From assembly GCF_009914755.1 (NCBI RefSeq), contig NC_060932.1: a DNA stretch of 64,000 nt, one strand, 5' to 3'. The position numbers and the translations under genes were made by a program. Below are positions 47,280 to 62,841 of the stretch, in pieces. This stretch comes from the human T2T-CHM13v2.0 reference genome, Homo sapiens. A model generated the notes under the pieces. The model searched no databases. It saw only the letters and a list, made by a program, of their open reading frames with translations, and was not told the origin of the DNA. Numbering within the stretch: position 1 is the first letter of the stretch; each line of letters opens with the position of its first letter.

Positions 47280-47450
47280 TCTATGATCTTGGGGAGGTCC
47301 TTAATCTCCCTAAATTTTAAGCTCCCTCATCAGTAAAACAGGAAAAGGGAAAATACATCTGCCCAGGGCTGATGTGAGGGACAAACAGGGCATTTGCTGC
47401 CCATAGATGCTTGGCGGGAGCCAGGCCCTAGGAAACACTCCTTCAATGTT
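47280..47450 (+). mobile_element. MIR
   Basis: Degenerate MIR core. Confidence 0.55.
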
Positions 47451-48265
47451 AGTATCACTGTCAAATAAAATACCTTTCTTTCCACATAGAACTGGTTGAA
47501 AAGAACTAAGAATTTCAAACTCTTCAACAGCAGAAAGGCCCAAACCATCCCCATCCCTCCCTATGCGCCCTTTCACTCACCTTTTCCAACCTCTACAAAA
47601 AGGATGAGCAGAACCTGCCCCACTGTGAAGGACACAATCACATCTTCTTTTGTTCACTGCACAAAATAAGGTTATGAAGTAGGAGTGTTGGTGGGAAAAT
47701 GAACACACCTTTAAAATTCTAAAAAATAATATTATCATCAAAAGCTAAAGGGTGACTGCATGGGCAGGCAACTTGGTCAGGAGAAGGAAGAGAGACAGAG
47801 AAGCAACGGGCCCTGTTGTCCCCCATGGGGAGTATCAGGAGGGCTCCCAGGACTCCTGTGGAAGAGGCAGGCCCAGCCCGCAGCCTCCCCAAGCTCTAGA
47901 CACAGGTGAGGCTCTCTGGAGTCGAACCCTCCCTGGTGGCCAATGTGCGCAAAGCCCAAGGTGGACGTGACAATACTACAGAGGTCTATGTCCTGGGATG
48001 GCACCGGATTTGAATTGCAATTGACTCACTGCTTACTTCCCTCTCCCCTTAAGTGATAACAAAAAATCAAATGTCCTCTTCATCTTCTAAAAAGTTTTTA
48101 AATTATGACACCTTTGAATCAAGAAAAGGGAAAGCTGCTGTGGCTTCTATGTTTCTCCTCAGCCCAAAATTCATACAGAGAAACTCAAATAGCTAAACTA
48201 ATGAAGTATGATTTTTAAATTCTCAATTAATAATTCAAAATGTTTCTTCTATGCTTTGAATCATG

Positions 48266-48269
<4 letters not shown>

Positions 48270-48313
<44 letters not shown>
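48270..48313. repeat. (CA)n microsatellite, ~21 units
   Basis: Seen directly. Confidence 0.97.
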
Positions 48314-48317
<4 letters not shown>

Positions 48318-48444
48318 CACCTACATTAGCTTTGAAGTAGCAATGAAATTAACTAATAAATAAACAAAGTAGGAAATCCATTTCAGGGTTTTTTTTCTAT
48401 TATTCCTGCAGAACAAAATGTTATATAATACATAAATCATACAT

Positions 48445-48871
48445 AAATTATGTATATGATGATCTGTGATGAGAGACCTTTGAGGCTACTATTATAATTG
48501 TTTTTTGGGGTTGTTTTGTTTGTTTGGTTGGTTGGTTGGCTTTTTGTGTTTTTGGTTTTTTGTTTTTTTTTTTTTTGAGACAAGGTTTCACTCAGTCACC
48601 CAGGCTGGAGTGCAGTGGCACAGTCTTGGCTCACTGACACCTCCGCTTCCAGGGCTCAAGCGATCCTCCTGCCTCAGCCTCCCAAGTAGCTAGGATTACA
48701 GGCATAAACAACTGCTCCAGGCCTGATGTTACTATTGTAATTGCTTTCATGCACCATAACCATGCTTGTATAAAACAGCAAATTTAATCAATAAATGTTG
48801 TGTGTGTTCTGACTGCTCCACTGACTGGCCGTTCCTCCATCTCTCTCCCTTTCCTTGGGTCTCCCTATTCC
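48445..48871 (+). mobile_element. Tigger1 fragment interrupted by an Alu monomer
   Basis: aaatgttgtgtgtgttctgactgctccactgactggccgttc matches Tigger1; ~20-bp TSD tga(g/t)g(c/t)tactatt(a/g)taattg. Confidence 0.8.
48501..48723 (-). mobile_element. FRAM / right Alu monomer
   Basis: Single monomer with a long T/G tail. Confidence 0.85.
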
Positions 48872-49140
48872 AGTGATTTGAGGTGGTGAGAGAATAAAGA
48901 GAACAGCAAGGAAAGAAATTTACGAAGAAGATTCAGCAAGTGCAACAATGCAGAGGTATGAGAGGGCAAAAAGGCATTTATGAATCCTCAAACCAGGTAG
49001 GGGGTGTCATGGGGTGTGAGTGCTGGATTTCTGCAAGGCTCAGGGTTGGAATAGTCAGACGTTGAGCAGTGGAGGGGGACTCGAGGCATCTGAGGAAAAG
49101 GAAAAGTAGAGAAAATCTTTCAGATTGAATGGAGAAGTTA

Positions 49141-49475
<335 letters not shown>

Positions 49476-49544
49476 ATATAGAAAGAAGAGCAGATGAAGG
49501 GATGGAGATGATGCATTTGTTTGGGGGGTACATCATATTTAAGG

Positions 49545-50069
49545 TCTGCTCCAGTTATCCAATACTGCATAACAAGCCACCCCAGAACTTAGTGGTTTTA
49601 AACAACAGCATTTATTATGGTCACACTACTGTAGTTTGGGCATGGCTTGGTCAGGACAGCTATTCTCTGCTCCACTCAGCCTCAGTTGGGGGGACTTGAA
49701 GACTGAGGCTAGGGGCATCTGAAGGTGCACCCGCTCACATGAGGGGCTACTGACACCAGGAAGACCTAGCAACTGAGGTTTCCTGGCACCTGTCTCTGTC
49801 TGCCTGGCCTCCAGCATGCAGACTCAGGGTGTCCAGGCTTCTTACATGTTCGCTCAGGGTTCTCAAGGCAGCAGTTCCAAGAGAGGCAGGTACAAGCTGT
49901 GTGGCTTTTTATGGCCTAGCCTTAGAAGTCACATGGTGTCACTTCCGTCTCATTCTATTAGTTAGAAATGTGTCACAAAGGCCAGCCCATATTCAAGGAG
50001 AGGGGAATCAGAACACCTTTTGGAGGGAGGAGTATCAACGAATGTGTGAACATGTTTTAAAACCATCAC
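49545..50069 (-). mobile_element. MLT1 (G/H-like) LTR
   Basis: cagttatccaatactgcataacaagccaccccagaacttagtggttttaaacaac. Confidence 0.8.
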
Positions 50070-50372
50070 CAAGTCTTTGTGGGATGTTGATGTGGGTAGA
50101 TTCAGGAGTGACATATGGATTTCTAAGAGAAAGAGCTGGGCAGGATATCAAGGTTTAGGAGACCTGAGGACGTGTGATATTTGAAGCTATTAAGCTGTTT
50201 AGATGGCCCAGGAAAAAGAATAGGAGAAACAAGGAGAAATGAGCATGGAATGTGAACATCTCAGGGGGAAAGGAAGGTACGAATTAAGAAATGCAGTGCT
50301 GGACTTTCCAAGGCTGTGGGGATGCCAAGTAGGTTGAGAGGGAAGAGTAGATACTGGATTTGGTGATAAGAA

Positions 50373-50560
50373 GCAGTGGTGGATAATGCTGAGAGATTTG
50401 GGCTCTGTGGATTGGGGTAGAGTAGAAGAGAATTGGGGTCGGGTTGAAGAGGAGTGGGGTGGGGTGGAGAAGAATGGGAGGGCTGGTACAATGGATTCCA
50501 GGCCTGCAGGAATGGGGGAATGGTAAAGGGAAGGCAACCAGAAAGGGAGACTGCTCTTTG
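50373..50560 (+). repeat. Inverted repeat arm 1 (G-rich, not a recognised TE copy pair)
   Basis: About 90% identical by eye to the reverse complement of 51720-51914. Confidence 0.95.
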
Positions 50561-51719
50561 CCAAAATGGAGCTGATTATTTAATAATACCAAGTCTAACC
50601 AGTGATTTGAGGTTCCCGCTCCACTTTGGATTGGAGGGAATTCACAAAATGCACTTTGAAAAGCTGGTTGCCTCATCAGACTTCACTACTTTTCAAATTT
50701 AGTATCTATAGTCATCATCATGAAATTAATAATCCAGTCAAGAGAATGTCATCTGCAGTGACCACAGCCCCAGACAGAGCCCAACCAAGGCGAAGACAGG
50801 GCTCCTGGAACCAGAGGCCCCTCTTGAAGGCTAAAAAAAAAAAAGGAAATAAGTTTGGGAAAGGATGGTAATGCTGGGAAAAATAAAACTCCTAAACCAA
50901 GAGAAATCTGCCATGCCCTCTTTACCATCAGTCAGGATTTTCATTGAATCCCTGACACAATCAGCAGTGTAAAGTCACTATAAAGTCACAGCACTATAAA
51001 GTCACCAGGAGAGGCAGGCTTGGCCGATAGGTTTCCCCCTCAACAATGACCTGAAGAAAAGCACTGACCGACTCTCAGGTCGAGGAACTGCTGTTCTGGA
51101 ATGAAAATCATTTCTCAAAAAAACCCGAGCGAGAATAGTTAACAAATCTAGAAGCTGCACAAATCAGTCCCATAGCCAAGGCACTCCACGATGAAAACAA
51201 GCTTCAGGTTGGCCCTTAGAAATCACTGGTTAAAATTCTAAAATCACAGCATTACTACAATTTCACCCAAATGTCACCTCTAGACTAAACTGCTTCTCTG
51301 GCTATCATACCACCCAGGGAAAGTATAATACTTTCATTCTGCAAATATTTAATATGTTCTTATTCTCTGCAAGGCTCTTACACATTAAAGTGAATTATTG
51401 CTTACAGACTTGAGCTTCTTGAAGGTCAAACTCTACGATATCACTATTAAAATACATTTTGCATTAAAAGCATCTTAACTAAAACCAGTGGCATCCACAG
51501 GCATAGCAAATCCAGTTATTCTCCCATGCCTCTAGTTTCTGCTCTCATTTTACAAACACACACAAATGCCAAACTACTCATCCTCTCTACTGAGGAACTA
51601 AAAACGACATTCAAATTTAATATCTATAGTCTATTTGCTTGGGAATATTTGCTTGGGAATAGCCAAGCAAATTCCCATCACTTAATCCAAATTTCCCTTT
51701 AAAACACCCATGACTTCTC

Positions 51720-51914
51720 CAAAGAGCAGTTTCCCTTTCCGGTTGCCTTCCCTTTACCATTCCCCCATTCCCACAGGCCTGCAATCCATTGTACCAGCCC
51801 TCCCATTCTCCTCCTCCCCACCCCACTCCTCTTCAACCCCAACCCAATTCTCCTCAACTCCACCCCCCACCCCCATCCATGGAACCCAAATCTTTCAGCA
51901 TTATCTACCACTGC
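51720..51914 (-). repeat. Inverted repeat arm 2
   Basis: Reverse-complement copy of 50373-50560 with a 7-nt indel. Confidence 0.95.
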
Positions 51915-52154
51915 CAGAGTGGTGGATAATGGGGGTGAGGGAGATGCAAACATTCAGTCAATAGCAGCTTTCAAGTCCAAGTTCAAAGGTCACCTACTTT
52001 GGGAATTCTTTTCTGAAGACCCCAGCCAGCGTTGCTCACTTCCTCCTCAGCCAGGGTTATAAACTTTTCACAACATCTACTCTACTACAGCAGCCTATTT
52101 GTATGTTTGTTTCTTCAGAATGGCCTATGAGCCTGAGAGCAGGCTCAAAGCCTA

Positions 52155-52214
52155 GATCGCATCACTGCACTCCAGGCTGGGCAACAGAGCGAAACCCTGT
52201 CTCAAAAAAAAAAA
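52155..52214 (+). mobile_element. Alu 3' fragment (part of a local duplication)
   Basis: Last ~50 nt of Alu plus A-tail. Confidence 0.85.
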
Positions 52215-52220
52215 GAAGTA

Positions 52221-52572
<352 letters not shown>

Positions 52573-53029
52573 TTATGAAGTACTTATTGAGCACTATGTC
52601 CAATATCACACTTGTCTCTAAAGAAATAAAATGTTTCGTTTAAACTGGGAACCACTGAGTTAGCATTTTACAGAAGTATCTAATATTCAGTTTCAAAAAT
52701 CAGTATCTATTGAGCACCAGTACTAGTAACAGATTTGTACCTAATTTTCATGCATATGTGAGATATCAGCCTTAGAGAAGTTTAGTGACTTATCCAATGT
52801 CTCACAACCAGAAAATGATGAAGCCAAATTTTGAACCTCGATATGACTTCAGGTTCAGTATTCTGAACTAATTTACAATCAATTCTGATGCATAAGATCA
52901 GACACACTGGCCAGACTCTGGTATAGATACACTGCTTGGTGCTCCTTTCCATGGCTCCTACCACAGCTGTACTGTGCTTTTGAACAACACCTTTGCAAGG
53001 AAAAGGAAGATTGTCTGCAACTTTTATGT

Positions 53030-53290
53030 AGTATAGGTATAGGCTGGGTAAGGACACGTACTCTCTAGCCAGACATCACAGATCAAAATCCCAGACCTGT
53101 CTGCGCCAAGCTGTGTGCCCCTGAAAAAGTTATTACTCTGTCCCTTCATGCCCTGTTTCATTTGTAACGTAGGGATACTGTTAGCATCTGCTCATAGGGT
53201 ATGTTCTGAAATTTTTCAAAAATAAAACATGAAAAGCATTTAGACAGAACCTGACATACAGAAAACAATAAATGTTGTTGCTGGTAACCA
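53030..53290 (+). mobile_element. MIR
   Basis: Degenerate full MIR. Confidence 0.65.
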
Positions 53291-53471
53291 CAGTAGTTGT
53301 ATTACTAAAAATGACCCAGTAAAACCCCAGCTGGAAAACTTAATTGTAATGCAAAGCTGAAGCTCTGTTACTTCCGATTCCAATTTTGTTTCAATTATTT
53401 GGAAAGAAAACATTTCTTTAAAAAGTATGAGATGTTCCTAGCCCTATAAACTGATTAGAAAATGTAGTTTA

Positions 53472-53762
<291 letters not shown>

Positions 53763-54318
53763 GTAGTTTAAATTTTTCTTGGACTCCAGATTATTCTCTT
53801 AGAGACAACAGATTTGGAACGAAGCTTTTGTAGAGCTCTCCACATCCAGCAGAGTACATCTGGGGAAGTCGTGATCATTCAGATTATGTTTCCTCATATA
53901 TAAAATGAAAATGTACCAGTCCTACCTTCCTGCAGCACTGAAAGACTGAAACAAGATAATATGTAGAAAATTAGTAAGAGTTCTCAAAGGCCATGTGGTA
54001 TCATCGTCATCATTCTCATTCTGGGTTCTCATAAAATAATATTCCATACTTAATATTCCAACTTCCATATGGAATATTCCAACTTCCATACTGAAATGGA
54101 AGATTAATCATCCATTTGCCAAATGTCTCAGGCAGGCAAAATGTTTGCATTTTTCCCTCTTTACAGAATTTTTGTTCTGGTTTACTAGTAGCAAGCACTT
54201 TCCACTACTGTCAACATACTGCTTGCCCTTCTGAAATGTGTTTTTTAAAAACTACTACTAACATGTGCTAAGGCCATCCATGTCTCCTAGGCTCAGAATG
54301 CATTAGAAGTAAATAACT

Positions 54319-54650
54319 GGCTGGACACGGGCGGTGGCTCATGCCTGTAATTCTAGCACTTTGGGAGGCCAAGGAGGGTGGATTGCCTGAGCTCAGGAGT
54401 TCGAGACCAGCCTGGGAAACGAGGCAAAACACCATCTCTACTAAAAATACAAAAAAAAAAAAAAAAAAAAAAAAATAGCCCGGCATGGTGGCACATGCCT
54501 GTAGTCCCAGCTACTTGGGAGGCTGAGGCACGAGAATTGCTTGAGCCTGGGAGGCAGAAGTTGCAGTGAGCCTCAATCACTGCACTCCACTGCACTCCAG
54601 CCTGGGCAACAGAGCGAGACTCTGTCTCAAAAAAAAGAAAAAGAAAAAAA
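54319..54650 (+). mobile_element. AluS
   Basis: Full Alu with expanded central A-run; TSD agaagtaaataact. Confidence 0.95.
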
Positions 54651-55221
54651 GAAGTAAATAACTAACTTCAATAGAACAGCACTGAAAATGTGTTTATGAA
54701 GTATTTATTGAGCACTATATCCAATATCCTTTCAAGAATAAAAATTTAACCAACACCGTCTCTTCTACCTATGTATACACACACATTCTTACATACCTGC
54801 CTTAGGAGCAAAGTACCAATTTAACTTATATTCACAGACAGATTTTCAGTGATTATATGTAAGACTATAAGCATATTTAGAACATATATTCCTATCTCCC
54901 TGCCAAACCATGTTCCTTCTTTAATTCTTAGTCTTTTCTATCCAAATCCATCTGACTCTATTAATGCTAGAAGTCTTTTTGATTGATGTATGTGCAATAT
55001 GAGAAATATTTATGGAGTACCTACTACATTCATACTTGAACTGCAAGCTGGGAATAAAATGTAAGGCAGTCTCCTATTCTAGTGACACTATTTCTAGCCA
55101 AGTACACATTCTAGTGGGTTGGATAAACTATCATCTTTATTTCTTAAGCCCTCCTGATTGGACCATAAGCTCCTTTTCCACACCACAATGCCTCCAAATA
55201 AACTAAGGATACAATGGGTGA

Positions 55222-55590
<369 letters not shown>

Positions 55591-56071
55591 TAAATAATTT
55601 TTAAAACTGACATTTACATTTGTATAGCTGTAACATAAAACACACTCACCATGATTATGAGCCAAGGCATGTAAATTAATAGCCTGTCTGAAATCACTAT
55701 TTTTAGTACCAATTACAAGTGTCTAAACAGAAAAGACACCAAGAAGGAAGTACTGAAAGCCACAGAAAGCCATGCAAATTACCCCCAAAATGTCACCTGG
55801 AAAATATTTGCTCCTAATACTGTATTTTGCTAATAAAAATAACATTGAAAGATCCAACATAACCAAAATGATAAGCAAAATAGAAAAAGTAAATACTTGC
55901 CAAGGAGGGAAGGTGACAGAGAACAATGAGAAGGCAAGACACACTAAGATCCCAAAGTAGATAAGTAACAATCTCTAGAGGGAAATACAAATGGATAATA
56001 ACATCTATAACCTCTCTAGGAAACAGACAAATTGAAGCCTATAAGCTCTGTAATTTTTTTTTTAAGGAAAT

Positions 56072-56207
56072 GACTAGAGAGACTGAGGCAGAAGGACTCC
56101 TTGAGCCCAGGAGTTCAAGGCTACAATGAGCTAGAATTGCATCACTGCACTCTAGTCTGGACAAAAGAGAAAGACTCAATCTCTTAAAAAGAGAAAAGAA
56201 AAAAAAG
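56072..56207 (+). mobile_element. Alu right-monomer fragment
   Basis: Diverged right arm plus tail. Confidence 0.8.
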
Positions 56208-57195
56208 ACAATAAAAAGGCAATTTACGTAATAAGAAAAAATATTTGCAAACCAAACATCCAATAAAGGGTTAATATCCAGAACATATATATAAAAAAGT
56301 CGTACAACTCAACAACTAATCTGATCAAAAACAGGCAAAACAGCCTGGCACAATGGCTCAACCTGTAAGTCCAGCACTTGGGAGTCTGAGGCAGGAGGAT
56401 CACTTGAGCCCAGGAGTTCAAGGTTATGGTAATCTATGATTGAGCCACTGCACTCCAGCCTGGGTGACAGAGTGAGACTGTGTCTCAAAACACAACAAAA
56501 CAAAACAAACAAACAAACAAAAAAAACGGGAAATAACGAGTGTTGATAAAGATGGAGAGAAACTGGAATCCTTGTGTACTGTTGGTGCAAATGTAAATTG
56601 GTAAAGCTATTATGGAAAACAGTATGAAGGTTCTGAAAAAATTAAAACAGAATTATCATATGATCCAGCAATCCCATCTCTGAGTATATTTCTAAAAGAA
56701 GTGAACACAGGCTCTCAAAGAGATATTTGCACACTCATGTTCATTACAGCATTATTCACAACAGCCAAGATGTGGAAGCAACCTTAATTTCCACTGATAG
56801 ATAAATAATAAAGAAAATGTAGTACATACATACAATGGAATATTATTCAGCCTTAAGAAGGAAATTGGGTCATGTGCTACACACGCATGAGCCCCGATAT
56901 CATGCTAAATAAAATAAGCATCACAAGAAGACAAATACTGCATGATTCCACCTATATGAGGTATCTAAAGTGGTCAAACTCATAAAATCACGGTTTCTAT
57001 GACTGTTACCAGGGGTAGGGGATGGAGGAATGGGGAAGTTGGGAAGCTGCTGTTCAATGAGTACAGAGTTTTCATTTTGAAAAATGAAAAAGTTTCAGAG
57101 ATCTGTTGCACAAGGTACATACAGTTAACACTATCGTACTGTACATTTAAAAACGATTAAGATGGTAAATTTTGTTATGTATTTTTTTACCATGA
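56208..57195 (+). mobile_element. L1MA9/MB1-like 3' fragment interrupted by an Alu monomer
   Basis: ORF2 end and 3' UTR (aaaatgaaaaagtttcagagatctgttgcac...gatggtaaattttgttatgt). Confidence 0.85.
56342..56526 (+). mobile_element. FRAM/FAM Alu monomer
   Basis: Single monomer with (CAAA)n tail. Confidence 0.82.
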
Positions 57196-57573
57196 GAAAA
57201 AGAGGGCATTGACAGTTATGTTTTCCAGAATGAGATTCAGTAACAGGCATCGAAAAGCTTACATATATTCACCTCCTTTGACCTGTCTATGGAAATTTAT
57301 CTTAAAACAATTTCTCTTAAAGCAGTATCATAGCTAAAATGGAATGTAAACCTACTCCAGGAGAGAAAGAGTTAAATAAACATTTGAATAGTGGAAGAGT
57401 GCAATTATCAAAAATTATAGCTTGGGGAAACTTTTTTTAATGATGTGGTAAAATTCTTATTATCAAATAATATCCAAAACAAAAAACAAAACTGTTATGT
57501 GTAGTGTATACAGTATAACCCTAATGAACATATATTGGGGTATTGAATAAAGAAACAGACCAAATTCTAACTG

Positions 57574-57574
57574 T

Positions 57575-57628
<54 letters not shown>

Positions 57629-57630
57629 AA
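57574..57630. repeat. (GA)n/(GACA)n microsatellite
   Basis: Seen directly. Confidence 0.92.
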
Positions 57631-58158
57631 GGGGAAAGGGGGGAGGAGAGAGAAGGAGAAAAAGATCTGCCAGCATGATTTTTGTTGAATTTTCACCTAG
57701 ATAAGTTGATTCTAATGTTCGTTTGGAAATAGTCTGGCAAGAATACCTAGAAAAAAACTGACAGAAAAAAAAATAGAGTAATCAGAGCAAACTAGCCCTT
57801 CCAGACATTTTTACATTTTATGAAGCTACAATAACTTAAACTAGGTTTAGCTGCTGGCAATGAACATACAGATAAAGAGAAAAGAAAAGAATGTAAGAAT
57901 TTAGTACATGACAACAGTGGTATTTCAAATCAATAGAGGAAGAAGCCATTAGTCAATGAATGGTGTTAGGCAGTTGGGTGGCCAATTGGAGGTGGAGGTG
58001 TTAAGATTTATACCTCACATCTCATTATCAAAACAAACTCCAGATTGAGGAAAGATTTAAACATAAAAAATAAAACCATAAAAGCATAAACTCAAAGTGA
58101 GGGAGGCATTTCTAAAAATGATTCAAAAGCTAGAATCCATAAATGAAAAGAGCCATTA

Positions 58159-58492
<334 letters not shown>

Positions 58493-58988
58493 TATTAGTA
58501 TTTCTTCTTGGTTAAAAAAAATCACTATAAAGTCAAAAAAGGTATGACAAACTAGAAAAAAAATTAACAACTCATCTCATAAACGGGGTACATTCTATAA
58601 AATACAATAGAAAAATTGGCAAAAGATATGGCCAGATATTTCACAGAAAATGCCATGTAGATTGTAAACATATCAAAAGAAGTAAACTACCTTTATATTA
58701 AATATATATAGTAAGACTTATACTGAGAAACCATTTTTCCCCTATAAGACAAGCAACAATGGAAAAGTGTGGCAACATCCTGGCCACATGGCAAGGGAAA
58801 GCAAACGCTCGCACATGCTGGTGGAAGTATAACTGGCACCACTTCTATGGAGCAGAATTTGGCACTATCAAAATTGAACAGCCACATTCTTCTAAGAATT
58901 CTTCCTACAGACACACTGGCATTTTTATGGAATGACTTGCATACACATACATTTGCTGCAGCTTTGTTTTAACAGCAAAATATCAGGG

Positions 58989-59477
58989 TGAAGGAGTTCA
59001 GGACACAGCATCCCAAAACATTCCACTTTAGCATGCTGATTATTTTGGGCTAAAGGCACTTGAAAAACAGCAGGTGTTAAGAAGGGCACCCAAACCTCCT
59101 CTCTTTTTCCTGAAAGCAGAAGATGAAGCTCCCATATGAAAGATGTCCTCCCTCTACCAGGAAGAAAGAAACATTCTTATCACAGGAAGTCCAAGCCCAA
59201 AGAAATCTGCATAAAGAAACCTTGCTAAACTAAACCTTACCTTCCTAGTTACTTTTCCACAACTGCCACTCTTTTTTTGACCTAGTATATAATCGATCAG
59301 GCCAAGCCACTTCCTTGAGTCTTCATTCCTCTTGTGAGGGTAAAAGGTATGTAATACATAAAAAGCACTAAATAAAATTTGCATGCTTTTCTCCTGTTAA
59401 TCTATCTCATGTTGGTTTAATTCCTAGGCCTCGCCAGAAACCCTAAAAGGGTAGGGAGAAATTTTTCCTCCCCTACA
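58989..59477 (+). mobile_element. MER34-family solo LTR
   Basis: tgaaggagttcaggac...ctcccctaca termini; AATAAA; TSD aggg/aggc. Confidence 0.8.
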
Positions 59478-59526
59478 AGGCAAAATGTAAATGTTCATCA
59501 ACAGGGAACAAGTTAAATATTGTCTA

Positions 59527-59864
<338 letters not shown>

Positions 59865-59867
<3 letters not shown>

Positions 59868-60092
59868 ACTGCAACCTCCGCCTCCCAGGTTGAAGCGATT
59901 CTCCCGCCTCAGCTTCCCTAGTAGCTGGGATTACAGGCATATGCCACCACACCCGGCTAATTTTGTATTTTTAGTAGAGACAGGGTTTCTCCATGTTGGT
60001 CAGGCGGGTCTCCAACTCCCGACCTCAGGTGATCCGCCCGCCTTGGCCTCCCAAAGTGCTGAGATTACAGGCATGAGCCACCACATGCGGCC
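59865..60092 (-). mobile_element. AluSp/Sq-like lacking its 3' ~50 nt and tail
   Basis: Starts at ctcactgcaacctcc. Confidence 0.93.
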
Positions 60093-60160
60093 ATTAAAGT
60101 GTATTTTTTAAATACATTTAGGGTTTTTTTAAAAGGGCAAGTTATAAAATGCAATATTCA

Positions 60161-60532
<372 letters not shown>

Positions 60533-62537
60533 CTAACTATGATTTCTCATTCTCGCACAGGATTATGGGTAATTTTCTTTTTTCTCCATCAATATTTCTG
60601 ATTTTTCTAAAATAGACAACTATTCTTAGGTTCCAAAAGGCATTTTTACATTCTTTTTTAAAACTTCCACTAAATATTAAAATTCCTTAATCCCCTGGAA
60701 ACATTTTTCTAATAAAAATACATGGCTAAAATTATGGTTTCAGTACAGCTGGTACCCACTAGTTTAAATAAAATTTGGGAATGTCTCAGAAGAGAGATTT
60801 CACAACAGTCAATAATTAAGGCAGAAATAATTAACCCCAAAAGGAAAATAATCTTAGCCTACAACAAAAGACTTAGTAGCACAGAAGTTCCAGGGATTTG
60901 GGTGTTCTTTTTGGTTTTGCACTGTGAGTGAGCGTATTTGTTTTTATTACATGCATACATTATTCTGTTTTGAAATCTTGCTAAAAGATCACAACCCCTC
61001 CTACCACTCAGCTATTCCCCTAGGGACTAGGCAGCCTGCCACATAAAAATAAATGCAGGAAGTGAAGAAGAGCTAACAAAGACATCAGCACCATATGGAA
61101 ATCACGAAACTGTTGACCAAATAAATTAACAGCCTGGATGGGGTGGGTCACACCCAGAGACTTGGGAGTAGACCCTCAAAATTATTATCCATTATTCTCT
61201 ACATTTGCTTTATTTTTAAATAAATGATACCCCACATTTCTGTTATTTATTTCTAAGGCACAATTACAATGTTAAAATGATAGTGACATATTATTGTGTT
61301 ATTCTTTTTTTGAAGCCTTTCCTCTCTAGTTTTTTGGCCTCAGGAACCATTCCTCTTCCCCTTAAAATTATAAAGTTGTTTTGCTTTGTTTAAATTCAAA
61401 CTAGTATAATGTGTAGTGGGCTACGTGACTGTCACTTCTATATAACAGTGCTAAACTAAAGGTTATGACTAACATGAGAGCACTCAAGTATACATATTTA
61501 TTCAGCTCCATAAAAGGTAGTCAGGAGGGTTTTCTACACAATGTATGCTCTAGTTAGCAACACTGCTCTATCAAAGTAGGAAATACCACACACAGTAAAT
61601 GTGCTGCGCTGAGCTTAATGCTTGGAAACTCTTGAAAGGCATGATGCAATTTAACGTATTTTAAATCATTTGATGTTCACTGAACTCTCACTGTAAGCAG
61701 AGTATTGTATTCAAGCCCTAGGTATGAGAGAAAGTAGAAAAACAACAGAATCTGGGCCTGATACTACAGAGCATTAGAATACTCGTGGTTGAAAACATAA
61801 GGAAAACTCAGTGTTTATTTTAAAAATTTACAGCTCTGTTAAGTACAATCAGTAGCAAGAACAGATTTTTTGATAACTTCACATAAGAAGGTTGGAAGAG
61901 GGATTTTCAATAGATAAATGCATGTAAGACAAGAGGTAGGGCATTTAATTTTACAACTAGAGTTTCATTAGGGATTTTTTAAGGGACAAATATAAGAAAA
62001 CTCCATGTACATTAAAAACTATTAAAAGTTCAACAAATCCTAAAATTTTCTGCTTTGGTTTTAAGTATGTTGCCAAAATCACAATTCAGGAGACAATCAC
62101 AGAGTTTGATAAACCTTATTTCAGCCAACACAGTTTGCTAGTGAACACCAGGTTTAAAATCCCAGGTTGTGCCTTTTCCAGTTTAAGGCAGGAGTCTTGC
62201 TCCAGATTCACTTAAGACTGAGTCATCCACTCTACTAGTTCTAAGATCTTCCATGTAAAGTTATCCTCCAAGCCCAGCACTGCCTTATCAGCAACTCTCT
62301 GGCTAAGTTCTGCTTCTTGAGAATAGACAGGGAAAACAGAACAGGAGAAAGTGGGAAACAAGAGATGGATTTGGAGGGACACAGAGGTTACTATGGCTGG
62401 GGCCTGCTCTTGGACACTTTCCTCACTCATCTTAGGCAGTCAACACATATTTCTAAGCACCTACTGTGTGCACTGGTAACATAAAGATGAAAAGGCAGGT
62501 AGGCAGGTGGAAGCAAGAGTAAGGAATGGCCAGGTGG

Positions 62538-62841
62538 TTTTGTTTTGTGTTTGTTTGTTTTTTGAGATAGAGTCTCGCTCTGTCGCCCAGGCTGGAGTGC
62601 AGTGGTTTGATCTAAGCTCACTGCAACCTCTGCCTCCCAGTTTCTAGTGATTCTCCTGCCTCAGCCTCCTGAATAGCTGGGACTACAGGCCGGTGCCACC
62701 GCGCCGAGCTAATTTTTGTATTTTTAGTAGAGACAGGGTTCCACCTTGTTGGACAGGGGTCAAACTCCTGGCCTCAAGTGATCTGCCTGCCTCAGCTTCC
62801 CAAAGTGCTGGGATTACAGGTGTGAGCCACCGCACCCAGCC
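62538..62841 (-). mobile_element. AluS
   Basis: Full Alu; TSD tggcca(g/c)gt(g/t)gtt. Confidence 0.95.

Noticed and set aside
50454-51964. Paired similar ORFs (MGWGGEEWEGWYNG...) on opposite strands
   Set aside because: A by-product of the inverted duplication; similarity stops at the repeat boundary
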